Below are positions 9,638 to 18,526 of a stretch of 64,000 bases of DNA, piece after piece (positions within the stretch are counted from its first letter, which is position 1; each line of letters begins with the position of its first letter). The DNA is from Paracoccaceae bacterium (GTDB lineage Bacteria > Pseudomonadota > Alphaproteobacteria > Rhodobacterales > Rhodobacteraceae). Both the position numbers and the translations under genes were made by a program. Location: assembly GCA_965243215.1 (NCBI GenBank), contig CBDEUJ010000005.1, forward strand, positions 936,546 through 1,000,545, read 5' to 3'. The notes below the pieces were generated by a model. The model ran no database searches. It worked only from the letters and a program-made list of their open reading frames with translations, and was not told the DNA's origin.

Positions 9638-10052
9638 GGCCGGTCTCCAGCGCCGACTTGACGATGTCCAGCTCGACCCGATGGGCGGCGATCAGGCTTT
9701 CCCATCGCGCGTCGTCCATTTCGGCGGTGCGAAAGACCGTCAATGCCAGCCCGGTGCCCAGGCCGTCGCCGAAGACGGCCTCGGGCGTCACCCGCCCGAA
9801 GATGCGTGGAGACAGGCTGCCGGGCGTGGTGCCGACATGGTAGTCGATCAGCCGCTGTTCAGGATGAGCCTCGACCCGCACATAGGTCTCTGCACCGTCC
9901 TTTATGGAGGTTCCGCGCACCAGCCCGGCGCTGTCGATCTCGGTGCGCCACGTACCGAACGACCAGAGGCTCATGTTCGCCGGATCTGCCATGAAGGCGA
10001 AGACCTCGTCCGCGGAACGCCTGACGCGAATGAAGGCCGTGTCACAGCTCAT
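9618..10052 (-). CDS. SRPBCC (START/polyketide-cyclase-like) family protein
   Basis: Trimmed to MSCDTAFIRVRRSADEVFAFMADPANMSLWS, a typical SRPBCC N-terminus. The ATGA overlap with the upstream RidA stop at 10049 supports this start. Confidence 0.6.
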   Translation of the reverse strand: MSCDTAFIRVRRSADEVFAFMADPANMSLWSFGTWRTEIDSAGLVRGTSIKDGAETYVRVEAHPEQRLIDYHVGTTPGSLSPRIFGRVTPEAVFGDGLGTGLALTVFRTAEMDDARWESLIAAHRVELDIVKSALETGHDHRNA

Positions 10053-10453
10053 GCAGGCGTGCCAGAGCCGCGGATCGCCTCGACCTCGATCTCCACCCGC
10101 GCGCCGGGCACGACGAGCGGCGCGCAAACCGTGGTGTTTGCCGGGCGGGCAAAGCCGATGCGTCCCTTCAGGACGGCCGCGATCGCCGTCACGTCGTCTG
10201 CGTCCGTCAGGTAGACGCGCACCCGGACAATGTCATGCAGGCCGGAGCCTGCCTCGACCAGCGCGGCCTCGATGGTGTCGAGCGCCGTGGCGGCCTGCGC
10301 CTCCGCTCCCTCGGGCATCTCGCCGGTCGCGAATTCGACGCCAACGGTGCCTGATACGAAAATCCGGTCATCCACGACGACGGCACGGGCATACCCGGCC
10401 ATCTCTTCATAGACCGACCCGCTGAACACATGGCTGCGCTTGCCGGCCATCGC
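10049..10453 (-). CDS. RidA family protein (reactive enamine/imine deaminase)
   Basis: Trimmed to MAGKRSHVFSG; IFVSGTVG...DIVRVRVYLTD...VEIEVEAI are RidA hallmarks. Confidence 0.8.
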   Translation of the reverse strand, partial: AMAGKRSHVFSGSVYEEMAGYARAVVVDDRIFVSGTVGVEFATGEMPEGAEAQAATALDTIEAALVEAGSGLHDIVRVRVYLTDADDVTAIAAVLKGRIGFARPANTTVCAPLVVPGARVEIEVEAIRGSGTPA

Positions 10454-10510
10454 GACCTCCCAGTGCAGGAAAGGGGGGACGCCGCGACGCCCCCGGAACA
10501 TGCCAGCCGA

Positions 10511-11773
10511 CTATTCGTCGAGCATCTTGATCAGTTCGGCGACCTCCGCGGTGCTCAAGTATCCGGTCTCGACATTCTCGTCGCCGTCGAGCTTCCACGT
10601 CATCTTCGGCGCCTGCACGTCGCCATTCCTGTCGAATGACAAGGCACCTGTGGCGCCGACGTAACGGATCGTCTTGCCTTCGGCCAAAAGCTCCTTGGCG
10701 CGCGCGATGCCTTCAGGACCAGGATAGACCTCGGTCCCGTCCGGCGAAGTGACAAGGCGGATATGGTCGCGAATGTTGTCGCCGGTGATGTCGCCGGACG
10801 CCTCCATTGCCAGGAGAACCACCGTCACCGCATCATAGACAGAGTGCAGGCCAGGACCGTTCGGCGGACTGTCGAACCGCGCCTGGAACATCTCGTTGAA
10901 CGAGTCGACCGAAGGCAGGCGCGGCTGGGCGCTGTCGTAGCCCTGCAGGTTCTGCAGGAACTGCGGACCCACGGCCTGAAAGTAGTCATCCGACCGCAGC
11001 GAGTTGTTCACGATCAGGTTGTCGGTGCCGCCCAGCGCCAGCCATTCACGGGTGATCGTGGCGCCGTCCACCGGGAAGGCAACGAGGTAGAGCGAATCCG
11101 GATTGCCCTCCAGCGCCTTCGTGACCTCGGCACGATAGCTTTGCTGGCTCTCGTTATAGGCCACCATCGAGGTGATCGAACCGCCAAGCTTGGCGATGTC
11201 CTGCTCGAATCGCTTGGCCAGACCGACGCCGAAGTCGGTGTTGACGTAGATGACTGCGGTGTTCTTGAAACCGCTGTCGACGGTCAGCTTTGCGCCAATG
11301 GCGGACTGGCTGCGGTTTGTGGCGTAGGTGCGGAACCAGTAGCCCTCGGTCTTGCCCTCCTCGGCGAGCGCCGTGAAGCTCTCGGACGACGAGCAGCAGG
11401 AAACCTGCACGACCCTGGACGGCACGGCGACCGACGTCAGGACCGGCAGGCTGACGCCCGATGACACGGCACCGATCAGCGCCTGCACGCCGTCGAGGTC
11501 GACGAGGCTCTTCGCGGCGTCCACGCCGACCGCCGACTGGCCCTGCGTGTCGCGCAGCACGTACTCAACCGGACAGCCAAGAACGCCGCCGGCGTCGTTG
11601 AATTGCTCGACCGCAAAAAGACCGGTCTCGGCGATCCGCTCGCCCACCTGCCCCATCGGTCCGCTGACAGGCAAGATCGCGCCAAGCTTGACCGGGCAGT
11701 CCACGGCGTGGGCCGAAGAACCAATCCCGATGAGTGCGGCGGCCACGGCCGCCAATCCAAATTTGTGCAACAT
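10511..11773 (-). CDS. ABC transporter substrate-binding protein, Liv (branched-chain/aromatic amino acid) type
   Basis: Trimmed to MLHKFGLAAVAAALIGIGSSAHA (signal peptide; cat at 11771-11773). KLGAILPVSGPMGQVGE is typical of type I periplasmic binding proteins. Confidence 0.85.
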   Translation of the reverse strand: MLHKFGLAAVAAALIGIGSSAHAVDCPVKLGAILPVSGPMGQVGERIAETGLFAVEQFNDAGGVLGCPVEYVLRDTQGQSAVGVDAAKSLVDLDGVQALIGAVSSGVSLPVLTSVAVPSRVVQVSCCSSSESFTALAEEGKTEGYWFRTYATNRSQSAIGAKLTVDSGFKNTAVIYVNTDFGVGLAKRFEQDIAKLGGSITSMVAYNESQQSYRAEVTKALEGNPDSLYLVAFPVDGATITREWLALGGTDNLIVNNSLRSDDYFQAVGPQFLQNLQGYDSAQPRLPSVDSFNEMFQARFDSPPNGPGLHSVYDAVTVVLLAMEASGDITGDNIRDHIRLVTSPDGTEVYPGPEGIARAKELLAEGKTIRYVGATGALSFDRNGDVQAPKMTWKLDGDENVETGYLSTAEVAELIKMLDE

Positions 11774-11887
11774 GCGCACCTCCATGCATATGAACCGGGC
11801 TTTCGCGCCGGCCCGAAGCGTCGCCTTGGGCGACCCCATTTTCGCTGTACCGCAAATCAAAGCCCGTCTTCGCGGCTTTGTCCACCA

Positions 11888-12835
11888 TTACGACCTTGCG
11901 TGGGGCGAAACTTGCAGTTCCTCCCCGATCAGGCCGCGCGGGCGGATCAGCAGCGTAACGACCAGGATCAGGCCGATCAGCACGGCTTGCATCGCGCCGC
12001 CCTGAGCCTGGATCTCCGAAGGGACCACGCGCGAAATGACGAATCCGCTCATGGTCCAGACGCCCCAGACGATCAGCGCGCCAAGAAGCGCTCCACGGTT
12101 GTTGGCGCTGCCGCCGACAATCAGCATGGTCCAGATCTGAAACGTCACGATCGGCAGGAAGTCCCAAGGGCTGACATAGCCGATGAAGGAGACATAGAGA
12201 GCGCCCGAGAGCCCCATGATCATGCAGCCGAGCACGAAGGCCTCAAGGCGCACCCGCTCCGGCGACTTGCCAAGGCTGGCGGCGGCGACATCGTCCTCGC
12301 GGATCGCCTTCAGCATCCGGCCCCATGGCGATTTCACGATCCGCTCAAGGGCGGCGAAGGTCAGCCCGACCACGACCAGGACCACGAGCAGGTAGAGCGC
12401 GTTCTGTGCCAGCGGCCCGTCGGCCCAGGCCTTGGACGGGTTCGGAATGCCAATCAGGCCGAGCGTGCCGCCGGTCAGGTACTCCCAGTTCAGGCAGACG
12501 AGCTGGATGGTCACCGCGATCCCGAAAGTGGCCACCGCCAGGTATTCGTGCCGGAGCTTCAACGTAGCGAGGCCGACGACGACAGCCCCTATGCCGGAAG
12601 CTATCATCGCGCCGATCAGCCCGACGGCAAAGGGCAGTTCGAATCCGCCGAAGACCGCGTCCCGGGCCGGGCCGGTCAGGATAGCCATCGTGTAGGCGCC
12701 GATCGCGGTGAACCCCGCGACACCGGCGTTGAAGAGTCCGGTGTAGCCCCATTGCAGGTTGAGCCCGAGCACGGCGACCCCGAAGATCAGCGACAGGATC
12801 AGGAAGAAGACGATGTAGGAGACCAGCCCGATCAT
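11888..12835 (-). CDS. branched-chain amino acid ABC transporter permease (LivM-like)
   Basis: The track's 658-aa ORF is an Arg/Pro-rich over-extension. The real start is MIGLVSYIVFFLILSLIFGVAVLGLNLQWGYTGLFNAG (cat at 12833-12835), with a 4-nt overlap onto the upstream permease stop. Confidence 0.85.
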   Translation of the reverse strand: MIGLVSYIVFFLILSLIFGVAVLGLNLQWGYTGLFNAGVAGFTAIGAYTMAILTGPARDAVFGGFELPFAVGLIGAMIASGIGAVVVGLATLKLRHEYLAVATFGIAVTIQLVCLNWEYLTGGTLGLIGIPNPSKAWADGPLAQNALYLLVVLVVVGLTFAALERIVKSPWGRMLKAIREDDVAAASLGKSPERVRLEAFVLGCMIMGLSGALYVSFIGYVSPWDFLPIVTFQIWTMLIVGGSANNRGALLGALIVWGVWTMSGFVISRVVPSEIQAQGGAMQAVLIGLILVVTLLIRPRGLIGEELQVSPHARS

Positions 12836-13743
12836 GTGGAACGCTCCCCGAAAATGCCCTCGGGCCGGAAATAGAGGATCGCGAGGATCAGCAGGAACGG
12901 AACCGCGGGCTTGTAGGTCGTGGGGATGACCATCACCGAAAGGTTTTCCGACAGTCCCACGATCAACCCGCCCAGGACGGCGCCGTACAGGCTGCCCGTG
13001 CCGCCAAGGATCGCGGCGGCGAAGAGTGGCAGTATCAGGCTGAATCCAAGCTCCGGCCGCAGCTGCACGGTCATGCCGTAGAGCACGCCGCCGATCGCCG
13101 CGCCGGAAGCGCCGATCACCCAGACCCACGTGATGATCCGGTCGACATTGACGCCGCTTGCCCGGGCGAGGTCGGGACTTTCGGCAACGCCGCGCATGGC
13201 GATGCCGGTCCGCGAGCGGGACATGAAGAGATGCAGCGCGATGACCACGACCACGGTCAGGCCCAGCAGGAACACCTGGTCGGGCATCACGCGGACGTTG
13301 CCGGGCAGGAGAATGGCGAACTGCAGCTCCCTGGAGTAGTAGATCGGGTCGGAACCCCAGATCAGCACGACCAGGTGCCTGAGGGTCAGCGCCACGCCGA
13401 AGCTGGCAAAGACCATGGTCATGTGCCCTGCCATGCGGCTGAGCCGATCGAACACGAAGCGATGCAGCAGGAGCGCGATGATCGAGGTGGCGACGCAGGC
13501 GCACAGCATCGCGAGCAAAAGGCCCGCACCGAAGGAGAAGGGACCGACGGTCTGGTCGAAGAACCCGCCGAAGCTCGAAAAGAACGCCAGGAAGACAAGT
13601 GCGCTGTAAGCGCCCCAGGTGAGCAGTTCGGAATGCGAGAAATTGGCGAAGCGCAGCATCTTCATGGTGAAGCTCAAGCCGATCGCGCCCAGCGCGACGA
13701 CGGCGCCGCTCAGAATGCCGTCCGCAACGTGCTGCAGGATCAT
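12832..13743 (-). CDS. branched-chain amino acid ABC transporter permease (LivH-like)
   Basis: MILQHVADGILSGAVVALGAIGLSFT... is a polytopic membrane protein of the LivH pattern. Confidence 0.85.
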   Translation of the reverse strand: MILQHVADGILSGAVVALGAIGLSFTMKMLRFANFSHSELLTWGAYSALVFLAFFSSFGGFFDQTVGPFSFGAGLLLAMLCACVATSIIALLLHRFVFDRLSRMAGHMTMVFASFGVALTLRHLVVLIWGSDPIYYSRELQFAILLPGNVRVMPDQVFLLGLTVVVVIALHLFMSRSRTGIAMRGVAESPDLARASGVNVDRIITWVWVIGASGAAIGGVLYGMTVQLRPELGFSLILPLFAAAILGGTGSLYGAVLGGLIVGLSENLSVMVIPTTYKPAVPFLLILAILYFRPEGIFGERST

Positions 13744-14492
13744 CCCGGGCCCTCCGTCGTCGCCGCGTCGCGCCTGAAGCCGAGAAAGATCTCGCCGATC
13801 CCCTCGTCCGCAAGCAGGCCGGCGGCCGGCCCGTCGACCCGGTTCCGCCCCTCCGCCAGAACATAGCCCCGATCCGACACGCGCAACGCCGCCTTGGCGT
13901 TCTGCTCGACCATCAGCACCGCGGCCCCGCCCTCCGCAAGGCCACGCACCGCTTCGAAGAGCTCGCCTGCCGCCATTGGCGAGAGGCTCGCGGTCGGCTC
14001 GTCCAGGAGCATCAGCCTCGGCTTGGTCAGCAACGCGCGGGCGACGGCGAGGATCTGCCGCTGGCCTCCCGAAAGCGAGCCTGCCTTGTCATGCATCCGC
14101 TCCTTCAGGATCGGATAGACGGTGCAGATCTCCCCGATCCGCGCCAGCGCCGCGGCCTTGGCCAGCGGCGCGCCGCCGATCACGAGATTCTCGCGGACGG
14201 TCAGCGTTGCAAAGACGTTCCCGGTCTGGGGCACGTAGCCCACGCCCTCGGCGGCCAGCTCGTGCGCCGCGACGCCGGTCACGTCGCGCCCGTCGAGCCG
14301 AACCTCGCCGGCCGATACGCGTACCAGTCCCGCGATCGCCTTGACCAGGGTCGACTTCCCGGAACCGTTCGGGCCGATGATCGACACGACTTCGCCCGCA
14401 TCCACATGGACGGATACCCCCTGCAGGATCGGCAGGTCCGGCGCGTAGCCGGCGATCACGTCCCGGACCTCCAGCACGTACGGCGCGCTCAT
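13740..14492 (-). CDS. ABC transporter ATP-binding protein (LivF-like)
   Basis: Walker A GPNGSGKST, signature LSGGQRQ, Walker B LMLLDEP; 4-nt overlaps with both neighbours. Confidence 0.9.
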   Translation of the reverse strand: MSAPYVLEVRDVIAGYAPDLPILQGVSVHVDAGEVVSIIGPNGSGKSTLVKAIAGLVRVSAGEVRLDGRDVTGVAAHELAAEGVGYVPQTGNVFATLTVRENLVIGGAPLAKAAALARIGEICTVYPILKERMHDKAGSLSGGQRQILAVARALLTKPRLMLLDEPTASLSPMAAGELFEAVRGLAEGGAAVLMVEQNAKAALRVSDRGYVLAEGRNRVDGPAAGLLADEGIGEIFLGFRRDAATTEGPG

Positions 14493-15259
14493 GGCAAGTC
14501 TCCCAGGTAGGCGTCCAGCACGGCAGGGTCGCGGCGCGCGCCTGCGGCATCGCCTTCGTAGAGCAGGCCGCCCTGCGCCATGACGAAGATCGGATCGCAG
14601 ATCGACATGACCACGTCCATGTTGTGCTCGATGATCAGGAAGGTGTGGCCGCGCCGGTTCAGCGCCTTGATCTGGTCGACCAGCGTCAACATCAGCGACG
14701 GGTTCACCCCGGCTGCAGGCTCGTCGAGAAGGATGATCTTCGGGTCGGCCATGAGAACGCGCGCAAGCTCCAGCAGTTTCAGCTGGCCGCCGGACAACGT
14801 GCCCGCCTGATCGTGACGCACGTCGGCCAATCGGCAGAAATCGATGATCTCGTCCGCCCTTGCGCGCGCCGCGCGCTCTTCCTGCGCCACCGTTCCGGAC
14901 CGCAGCCAGTTGTTCCAGAACCGCTCGCCCGATTGCCCGCGCGGGACGAGCATGACGTTCTCGAGAACCGACATTTCGGGGAACGGGCGCGGGATCTGGA
15001 ACGTCCGGGACAGGCCTTCGGCAAAAATCCGGTGCGGCGGGCGGTTCTGGATCGGCACGGCATCCAGAAACACCTCGCCTGCATCCAGCCTCGTCAGGCC
15101 AGCGACGGCGTTGAAGAGCGTTGTCTTGCCTGCGCCGTTCGGCCCGATCAGCCCGCCGATCACGCCGCGCGGCAGGTCGAAGGAGATCGCGTCCACTGCC
15201 GTGAAGCCCCCGAATCGCTTGGTGACGCCCCGAAGCTGCAAGAGCGCGTCCTCGGCCAC
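14489..15259 (-). CDS. ABC transporter ATP-binding protein (LivG-like)
   Basis: Walker A GPNGAGKTT, signature LSGGQLK, Walker B ILLDEP. Confidence 0.9.
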   Translation of the reverse strand: MAEDALLQLRGVTKRFGGFTAVDAISFDLPRGVIGGLIGPNGAGKTTLFNAVAGLTRLDAGEVFLDAVPIQNRPPHRIFAEGLSRTFQIPRPFPEMSVLENVMLVPRGQSGERFWNNWLRSGTVAQEERAARARADEIIDFCRLADVRHDQAGTLSGGQLKLLELARVLMADPKIILLDEPAAGVNPSLMLTLVDQIKALNRRGHTFLIIEHNMDVVMSICDPIFVMAQGGLLYEGDAAGARRDPAVLDAYLGDLP

Positions 15260-15261
15260 GG

Positions 15262-16392
15262 TCAGGCGACCTCGCCCTGAAGCGTCACGCTGCCCAGCCG
15301 GTCGTCACCCTTGTTGAGATTGTACTTCATGATCCGCCCATGCCGCCCGGCAACGTCACGCTCCAGCCCGTAGACCGGGCCCTGCGGGCCGGTCGAACGG
15401 CCGCGGACCGTCTCGATCTCGCGGCGATCCCCGTCCGTCAACTCGACTTCGAAGGCACGGAGAGTCTGCGGCAGCCGGTCGGCATAGCGCGCGCCGACGA
15501 TCGTCGCCGCGACGTCAGGGCTGTCAAGAGTGGCGCGAAGCGCGATGGCGGAGATGTAGCATCCATGCCGGTCGGCCACGGCCCGGAGCGTCGCCAGCAG
15601 GTCCTGGAACAGAACCCAGCCGCCGAACTCCTCGATGACCAGGCGATACTTGACAAGGCTGCGGTTCCCGAAGTCGAACCCGGGATCGGGCCTGCCGAGC
15701 CAGACGTCTGTCAGGAACCCGCCGGCGAGGACGCCATAGGCGAAGAGGCTGACCCCTTTGCGTCTTGCGAGCGCGGCGAAGTCTCCCGAGGCACGGCGGT
15801 CGAGCAGGGAATACTGCACCTGGGCCGACGCGACATCGGTCGTGTCACACAGCTCCGCCAGATGTTCGGCGTCGAAATTGGTCACCCCGATCAGGTCGAT
15901 CTTGCCCTTGTCGCGCAGAGTGCAAAGGTGCGCCACCGCTTCGACATGACCCGGCACGGCATAGTCCCACCAATGGAACTGCACAAGATCCAGCCGATCC
16001 ATCCCCAGCCGCATCAGCGAGCGGTCGATTCCGGCCTCGACATCACGAAGCGTGAGCCTCGCCAGGCTGTCCCGGTCAGGCACGTATTTTGTGTGGATCC
16101 TGACGCCGTCCAGCACATCCGACCCAAGGGTTCGGGCGAGATTGGCGCGGAACCGGCCGATCTTGTCCTCGACGCCGGCATAGATGTCGGCGCAATCGAA
16201 GGCAGTGACGCCGGCATCGACAAATCGGACCATGTCGGCAATCGCCTGATCCGCGTTCACCGCGCCATGGTCGCCGGCAAGCTGCCAGCCACCCTTGATG
16301 ATCCTCGAAACGGAATAGGCAGGCCGAACCGTGACTTTGGGGATCTCCGTCGCGCGGTCCGGTCTTGCGCCGTTCTCAAGATCGCCTCCCAT
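15262..16392 (-). CDS. aldo/keto reductase (paralogue of the AKR domain at 8180..9637)
   Basis: Trimmed to MGGDLENGARP. GVTAFDCADIYAGVE, LDLVQFHWWDY and IGVTNFDAEHL run parallel to the other AKR. Confidence 0.8.
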   Translation of the reverse strand: MGGDLENGARPDRATEIPKVTVRPAYSVSRIIKGGWQLAGDHGAVNADQAIADMVRFVDAGVTAFDCADIYAGVEDKIGRFRANLARTLGSDVLDGVRIHTKYVPDRDSLARLTLRDVEAGIDRSLMRLGMDRLDLVQFHWWDYAVPGHVEAVAHLCTLRDKGKIDLIGVTNFDAEHLAELCDTTDVASAQVQYSLLDRRASGDFAALARRKGVSLFAYGVLAGGFLTDVWLGRPDPGFDFGNRSLVKYRLVIEEFGGWVLFQDLLATLRAVADRHGCYISAIALRATLDSPDVAATIVGARYADRLPQTLRAFEVELTDGDRREIETVRGRSTGPQGPVYGLERDVAGRHGRIMKYNLNKGDDRLGSVTLQGEVA

Positions 16393-16439
16393 GTCCCGGT
16401 CCCGCTGCTTTCCGTCACGAAACCTATAGACAACTCGGC

Positions 16440-16463
16440 GCGATTTAGAAGGGACTAAATCGC
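16440..16463. promoter_or_regulatory. perfect 9-6-9 palindrome (candidate operator) in the divergent promoter region
   Basis: GCGATTTAG-aaggga-CTAAATCGC read directly. It lies between the AKR start (16392, minus) and the fusion-gene start (16520, plus). Confidence 0.45.
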
Positions 16464-16519
16464 AAACGCGAAAGTGGACCGTCGTCAGGCATTCGACTAA
16501 CCTGCCCTGCGACACGCCC

Positions 16520-18520
16520 ATGCGGAACCGCAACATGCTCACCAACACCAGGCACGCCGGGTATTTTCTTTACCACTCGATTGGCATGTACCCGGGCAAG
16601 GAGCAGGAGCTCGCCGAGGCCGCCGCCGAGTTCGCCGGGATCTGGGCCGCGCCGAATGACAAGCAATGGGGCTACGTGCTGCTGCGTCGGCAGGACTTCA
16701 TTGACTACTGGCGGCGCATCATAAACGTTCCCAAGGGCTCGACGACCACCTGCGAGAGCGTAACCGACGGCATGCACAAGCTGGTGCGGTCCCTCCCCGA
16801 GGGAATGCTGCGCGGCAAGCGCGTGCTGGTGGCCGCGGATTGCTTTCCATCGATCCATTTCCTGCTGGCCGGGCTGGCGCCGAAAATGGGGTTCACGCTC
16901 GACACGGTGCCGCTGAGCGAGGGCAGGGCCTGGGTCGAGGCGGAGGACTTCGCCGCCCGCTGGGGCCACGATGTCGGGCTGGCGCTCCTCACCTGGGTCA
17001 CCTCGACCGCCTCGGCACGGGTCGATCTGGCGCCGCTGGTGGCGCACGGGCGCGGGATGGGCAGCATGATCGGCGTCGACATCACCCAGGCTGCGGGGCT
17101 CATCCCCTTTGACGCGACGGACCCCAAGGTCGATTTCGTCGTTTCGACCAGCCTGAAATGGATGTGCGGCACGCCCGGCGCCGGCATCCTCTACGTCGAA
17201 AAGTCGCTGGCACTGGAGCTGGAGCCCGACGGCCGCGGCTGGTTTTCGCAGAACAACCCGTTTTCCTGGAATCTCGACAAGTTCGAGTACGCCCCCGACA
17301 TCCGCCGCTTCGACGGCGGCACCCCGGGATCGATGGCGGCGGTCGCGTCACTGCCTGCCCTCAAGTGGCACGCGAGCCAGGACCACGCCGAAATGGCGGC
17401 CTGGAACCGGCGCCTCGTCGACAGGATCGTCGCGCGTGCAGATGATCTCGACCTGCCGCTGCATTCGCCGCGCGAAGCCGACAGGCGCGGCGGATCGGTG
17501 ATGCTGCGGTTTCCGAACAAGCCGGAGGCCGCCGCCGTCGTCGGCGCGCTGGGGGTCGAGGGCTATTCGGTGGACTTCCGCGGACCGCTCGTACGCCTTT
17601 CGCCGGGCAACATGACCGCGGCCGAGACCATCGACACCGTCTTCGACATCACCGAAGCGGTGCTGACCCGCCGCAAGGCCCGCTTTGCAGCGAAAGGCCC
17701 GCAGACAGGAGCAGACATGAACCCCGCAGATCTCTTGGGCCAGCTCGGCGCAATGCTGATGGCCGGCCAGGTGAGGATCGTCGACTGCACCGCCACCCTC
17801 GGTCCCGACACGCCGATCCTGCGTCTGCCGAAGGACTTCGCAAGGAACACGCCCAAGGTCGAAATCCACAAGATCAGCGAATATGACGCCGACGGGCCGT
17901 TCTTTGCCTGGAACTGGATGACGCTGGGCGAACATTCCGGCACCCATTTCGATGCGCCGCATCACTGGATTTCGGGCAAGGACTTCGAGGACGGCTATAC
18001 CGACACGCTCGACGTCCAGCGCCTTGTCGCGCCGGTCAACGTGATCGACTGCTCGAGGGAGGCCGCCGGAGACCCCGACTTTCTGCTCACTGCCGAACAC
18101 GTCAAGGCCTGGGAGGCGAAGCATGGAGAGATCAATCCGGGCGAGTGGGTCGTGATGCGCACGGACTGGGACAAGCGGTCCCATGACGAGGAGCTCTTCC
18201 TGAACGAGGATCCCGATCCGCATGAAGACGGATCGCACAGCCCCGGCCCGACGACGGAATGCATCGACTACCTGCTTTCCAAGGGCATCGTCGGGTGGGG
18301 CGCGCAGTGCGTCGGCACAGATGCCGGCATGGCGGGCAAGTTCTCGCCCCCCTATCCGGCGCACAACTTCCTGCACCGCGACAACTGTTTCGGCCTCGCG
18401 TCGCTCGCGAATCTTGACCAGTTGCCGGCCAAGGGCGCGATCCTGATGGCGGCGCCATTGAAGATCGAGCACGGCACCGGATCGCCCATCCGCGCCCTGG
18501 CGCTCGTGCCGCAGGCCTGA
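16520..18520 (+). CDS. fusion protein: class-V aminotransferase-fold PLP enzyme (kynureninase-like) + cyclase-family (kynurenine formamidase-like) domain
   Basis: The N-terminal ~390 aa has STSLKWMCGTPGAGILYV (PLP-lysine context as in kynureninase/class V). The C-terminal ~270 aa has EHSGTHFDAPHHW (the HxGTHxDxPxH cyclase/KynB motif). There is no stop between the domains. Confidence 0.75.
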   Translation: MRNRNMLTNTRHAGYFLYHSIGMYPGKEQELAEAAAEFAGIWAAPNDKQWGYVLLRRQDFIDYWRRIINVPKGSTTTCESVTDGMHKLVRSLPEGMLRGKRVLVAADCFPSIHFLLAGLAPKMGFTLDTVPLSEGRAWVEAEDFAARWGHDVGLALLTWVTSTASARVDLAPLVAHGRGMGSMIGVDITQAAGLIPFDATDPKVDFVVSTSLKWMCGTPGAGILYVEKSLALELEPDGRGWFSQNNPFSWNLDKFEYAPDIRRFDGGTPGSMAAVASLPALKWHASQDHAEMAAWNRRLVDRIVARADDLDLPLHSPREADRRGGSVMLRFPNKPEAAAVVGALGVEGYSVDFRGPLVRLSPGNMTAAETIDTVFDITEAVLTRRKARFAAKGPQTGADMNPADLLGQLGAMLMAGQVRIVDCTATLGPDTPILRLPKDFARNTPKVEIHKISEYDADGPFFAWNWMTLGEHSGTHFDAPHHWISGKDFEDGYTDTLDVQRLVAPVNVIDCSREAAGDPDFLLTAEHVKAWEAKHGEINPGEWVVMRTDWDKRSHDEELFLNEDPDPHEDGSHSPGPTTECIDYLLSKGIVGWGAQCVGTDAGMAGKFSPPYPAHNFLHRDNCFGLASLANLDQLPAKGAILMAAPLKIEHGTGSPIRALALVPQA

Positions 18521-18526
18521 CTGCGC

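Noticed and set aside
11888-13864. 658-aa ORF and similar long N-terminal extensions (2487..4520, 20275..22212, 38792..40429, 58118..59593, 59467..60609, 15262..16548)
   Set aside because: The upstream parts are Arg/Pro-rich, overlap the neighbouring genes and lack homology-like sequence. Internal starts give canonical N-termini and ATGA-type overlaps with upstream stops.
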